From the NCBI RefSeq assembly GCF_039654945.1, contig NW_027361682.1:24676001-24740000 (forward strand): a stretch of 64,000 bases of DNA. Reading direction: 5' to 3'. This document shows, piece after piece, positions 61,361 through 64,000 of the stretch. The stretch comes from Dendrobates tinctorius. Taxonomy: Eukaryota. Within the stretch, counting starts at the first letter, position 1. Every line of letters begins with the position of its first letter. Made by a program: the position numbers and the translations under genes. The notes under the pieces are model-generated. The model saw only the letters and a list, made by a program, of their open reading frames with translations. It was not told the DNA's origin and did not search any database.

Positions 61361-62104
61361 ACCTGGTAAACCCCTCCTTACCCCACACATAAACTTCTCA
61401 TCCAGCGCACCATGACAACTAGCACACTAGCACAGCAGAGTCCTGCAGAGTGCATACAGTCAGTGAGGCTCCTGATCATGTGACCTCGACTCCTCCCCTC
61501 CTGTGACCTCATCACAGGTCCTGTGGCCGAGAAGAGAACATAGCGGCAGAGAGCAGGGAGATGATCGATTCTCCCTGCTCTGCCGCAGATACAGTTTGCA
61601 GTAGTGTAAATCCGTGTGGGACCCCTCAGAGCGCGGGGTCCGGGGCCACCACCCCCTCTGCCCCCCCAGTAGCTACGCTACTGCTCCTTCTCCCATAAAT
61701 ATTGTTATCCTCTTAATATATTGCAGTCATGATTTTATATAGCACTGTGCACTTACAAATTGCGCATTTTGCTCTTCTATCCAGGTAATACTCTTTTACA
61801 TTAGATCCATGACATTACGTGATTAAAAACTAACAGGAGCTCAATTTTCCCTGTATGAGTCATGAGTTACTGCAAAAGTCTGCGCAAGGAGGAGCAGAGC
61901 AACTGGTTCAGGAGTTGAAGAAAGAAATGATTTCTGCAGGGACAAGAGCCTTCCTGTTTTTACATAGAGGAGTGAAAACAGAATAATTAACTGGGTAGAA
62001 AGGGAAAATGAGCAATTGCAAGTACACCGTGCCATATAATATGATTATTGCAATATATTAAGAGGATAAAAACTTTGACAGGAGTGCTTCTTTAAAAAAT
62101 ATAC

Positions 62105-62288
62105 TGACTATGATACTGCCTCCTATGTACAATAATATAACTACTATAATAGTGCCTCCTATGTACAATTATATAACTACTATAATACTGCTCCTATGTA
62201 CAAGAGTATAACTACTGTAATAATGTCCCTATGTTCAAGAATATAACTACTATAATGCTGTCTCTATATACAAGAATATAACTACTAT
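62105..62288 (+). repeat. Tandem repeat of about 35 bp (tacaagaatataactactataatactgctcctatg)
   Basis: About 5 copies, ending at the LTR insertion. Confidence 0.92.
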
Positions 62289-63213
62289 TGTCATGATCCC
62301 AGTGCATGTTTTTGAGCTGCAAGGCAAAGGGTTAATGTCTGGAGCTCAGTGCAGGTTTTGACCTGCACACCTAGGGTTAATGATTGTGGCCTCTTTCTGG
62401 TTCTGGGAGAGCTTCTTAAACCCCCGGGAAGCTCCAATCCCTGCCAGTTATACTTTTGCCTTCGGCCGAGTGTGCTGACCTCTGTGTGCCTGTGCCTGTT
62501 CATTGTTATAGCTTGTTTATATGGTTCTGACCCGGTTCTGTTTCCCCTTGTGAGTTTGCCTGTTGATTCTGTACTGTGCTATCCTCTCTGTGTATGACTC
62601 ATTGCCTGTTATCTGACTACTCTCTGCTCGCCCCTCTTGTACCTTGCAGCTATCTCTGTGTATGACTCATTGGCTACGTCCTGACTATCCTCCCTGTCTA
62701 TGCCCTTTGGTAACTTTGTCTCGCAGTTACCCTGCTAGGAGTTATCTTGCAGCTCCTACCTCTGTGGAGTTTAGGCCACGCCCCTAGCAGTCACGTGCTT
62801 CAGGTCCTGAGGCTCTGAAGTACGCACCTACTCGGCTGCTGCCCGCTCCACAGGTATCTTTGAGCGCAGTTCGCTTTACTCAGGACACGCGCACTGGCTC
62901 AGTGAGCAAGTTCAGTGTGGTGTTTGTGACATTATAACTGGCCTGCTATATTTTTTTTCTTTCATCTCTTCTGCAGCATGGACCCAATGTGTGCTTTATC
63001 TGAGTAGGTGAAATGCTTGACTCAGTCGCTGCAGAAGCTTAGTTTGGAACACCAAGCTCTTGCCCAGTCCCAACGGCGGGTTGAGGACTCAGTTCAGGGG
63101 GTACTTTCCGCAGGCTTCCAGCAGGTGGGGAATAGAGATGTCATTTTAGTCCCACCTGAATCCTCGGTTAAATTGCTAGATACGTTTACTGGTAACAAAG
63201 ATGATTTCAGAGC
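62289..63213 (+). mobile_element. 5' LTR (62289-62931) and gag start of a Sushi-like Gypsy, cut by a hAT
   Basis: TGTCATGA...TGTGACA; 3' part matches 10060-10168; ATG 62978 MDPMCALSE*VKCL..PPESSVKLLDTFTG. Confidence 0.85.
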
Positions 63214-63525
63214 TAGAGTTGAGCGACTTTTGCTTTTTTAGGGTCGCGTTTCGTTTCGTGAAACCCGACTTTTCCAAAAGTCGGGTCGAGCAAGATCGTC
63301 CGATTATAGGGAAAAGTCGGGGTCGTCCCGAAACACGAAACCCAATGTAAGTCAATGGGGAATAAAAGTCGGCAGTAAGAGGAGGACAGGAAACACACCT
63401 ACAGTGCCCATTTGAATGCCAAAAGCATCAATTCTTCTTACTTAAGCTTGTCAACCTTAATTAACTTCATAATACAAGTTACGCACTGAAAAATGGGGGT
63501 TATTTGGCTAAAGTTGTGGGGGGGG
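63214..63525. mobile_element. hAT terminal fragment related to the 23978 end
   Basis: TAGAGTTGAGCGACTTT...gtcaatggggaataaaagtcggcag...ggctaaagttgtggggg. Confidence 0.88.
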
Positions 63526-63526
63526 A

Positions 63527-64000
63527 GGGCTGGCTCCAGGTTTTCATGTGCCCTGGGCGAAAGAGCGCCCCTTTAACACATACCACAACTCATCATGCTC
63601 CGATACGGCAGAGAAATAGCGGTATAGTACAATGAAAAATACTTCACTTTTTACATCTCATGATGAGGCCCATCTATTTCTCCATACAGAATCATTGGTC
63701 CCATATAATGTTTGAAGCAGTATATGATGAGCTCCACATAATGCTACAGTGTATGTTGGTCCCCATGGATGAAGCTCCACTGTGTTATGGGCCCAAATAA
63801 TGCTCCAAACATAATGGGCCCCATTTCTAATGCTCTAGTGTATAATGGGCCCTGTAAATGCTGCTCCAGTGTCTGATGTCCACCTTTGGAATGTTCCAGT
63901 GTATGGTGGGCCCCATCTATCATTCTCCAGAGTATAGTGCTCCCCAAAAATTGCTGTCCCAACATAGAAAACAATCAAATAAGTCTCCTCGCTAGGGAAT
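63527..64000 (+). mobile_element. Another non-autonomous DNA-transposon fragment with a minisatellite, running off the window
   Basis: agggctggctccagg start; tataatgggcccc repeats. Confidence 0.5.

Larger units (their letters stand above)
58380..61683. mobile_element. 3.3-kb composite non-autonomous hAT
   Basis: TIRs CAGAGGCGTAGCTA / TAGCTACGCTACTG; 8-bp TSD CTCCTTCT; contains a SINE, microsatellite, minisatellites and a unique segment. Confidence 0.9.
58364..62091. mobile_element. TTAA-type MITE split by the 58380-61683 hAT
   Basis: Left aagaaacactcc, right ggagtgcttct-ttaa; inverted arms at 61690-61780 and 62000-62091. Confidence 0.65.

Noticed and set aside
59720-61415. Many long overlapping ORFs (150-267 aa) on both strands
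   Set aside because: They arise from a stop-poor minisatellite whose unit lengths are multiples of 3; there is no domain content.

Overview
This is eukaryotic DNA, almost certainly a vertebrate and probably a frog (inferred from the transposon repertoire). It is an intronic or intergenic window dominated by nested transposable elements, and no host gene can be named with confidence. Main contents: (1) A near-complete Ty3/Gypsy LTR retrotransposon (36359-45680, minus strand, CTAC TSD, tRNA-Ser PBS, gag-PR-RT-RH-IN broken by a few stops), with two related solo LTRs. (2) Two fragments of a Sushi/chromovirus-like Gypsy and two further solo LTRs. (3) A decayed DIRS/Ngaro-type tyrosine-recombinase retrotransposon carrying an extra SGNH-hydrolase ORF behind a strong splice acceptor. 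(4) A full-length decayed hAT element, its deletion derivative and several non-autonomous hATs with 8-bp TSDs. (5) At least six Tc1/mariner copies. (6) TTAA-targeting (Kolobok/T2-like) and TAA-targeting (PIF/Harbinger-like) MITEs, one of which encloses a higher-order telomere-like (TTAGGG/TCAGGG) array spanning an assembly gap. (7) A tRNA-derived SINE, a CR1/L2 3' end and several minisatellites. Best leads: the probably spliced SGNH ORF in the DIRS element, a TATA-promoter plus repeat-protein cassette at 143-810, the MITE-borne telomeric array, a cryptic LTR-end/PBS copy inside the Gypsy LTR, possible captured cargo in a non-autonomous hAT, and two candidate minus-strand exons. All calls come from reading the sequence by eye; no database searches were run.
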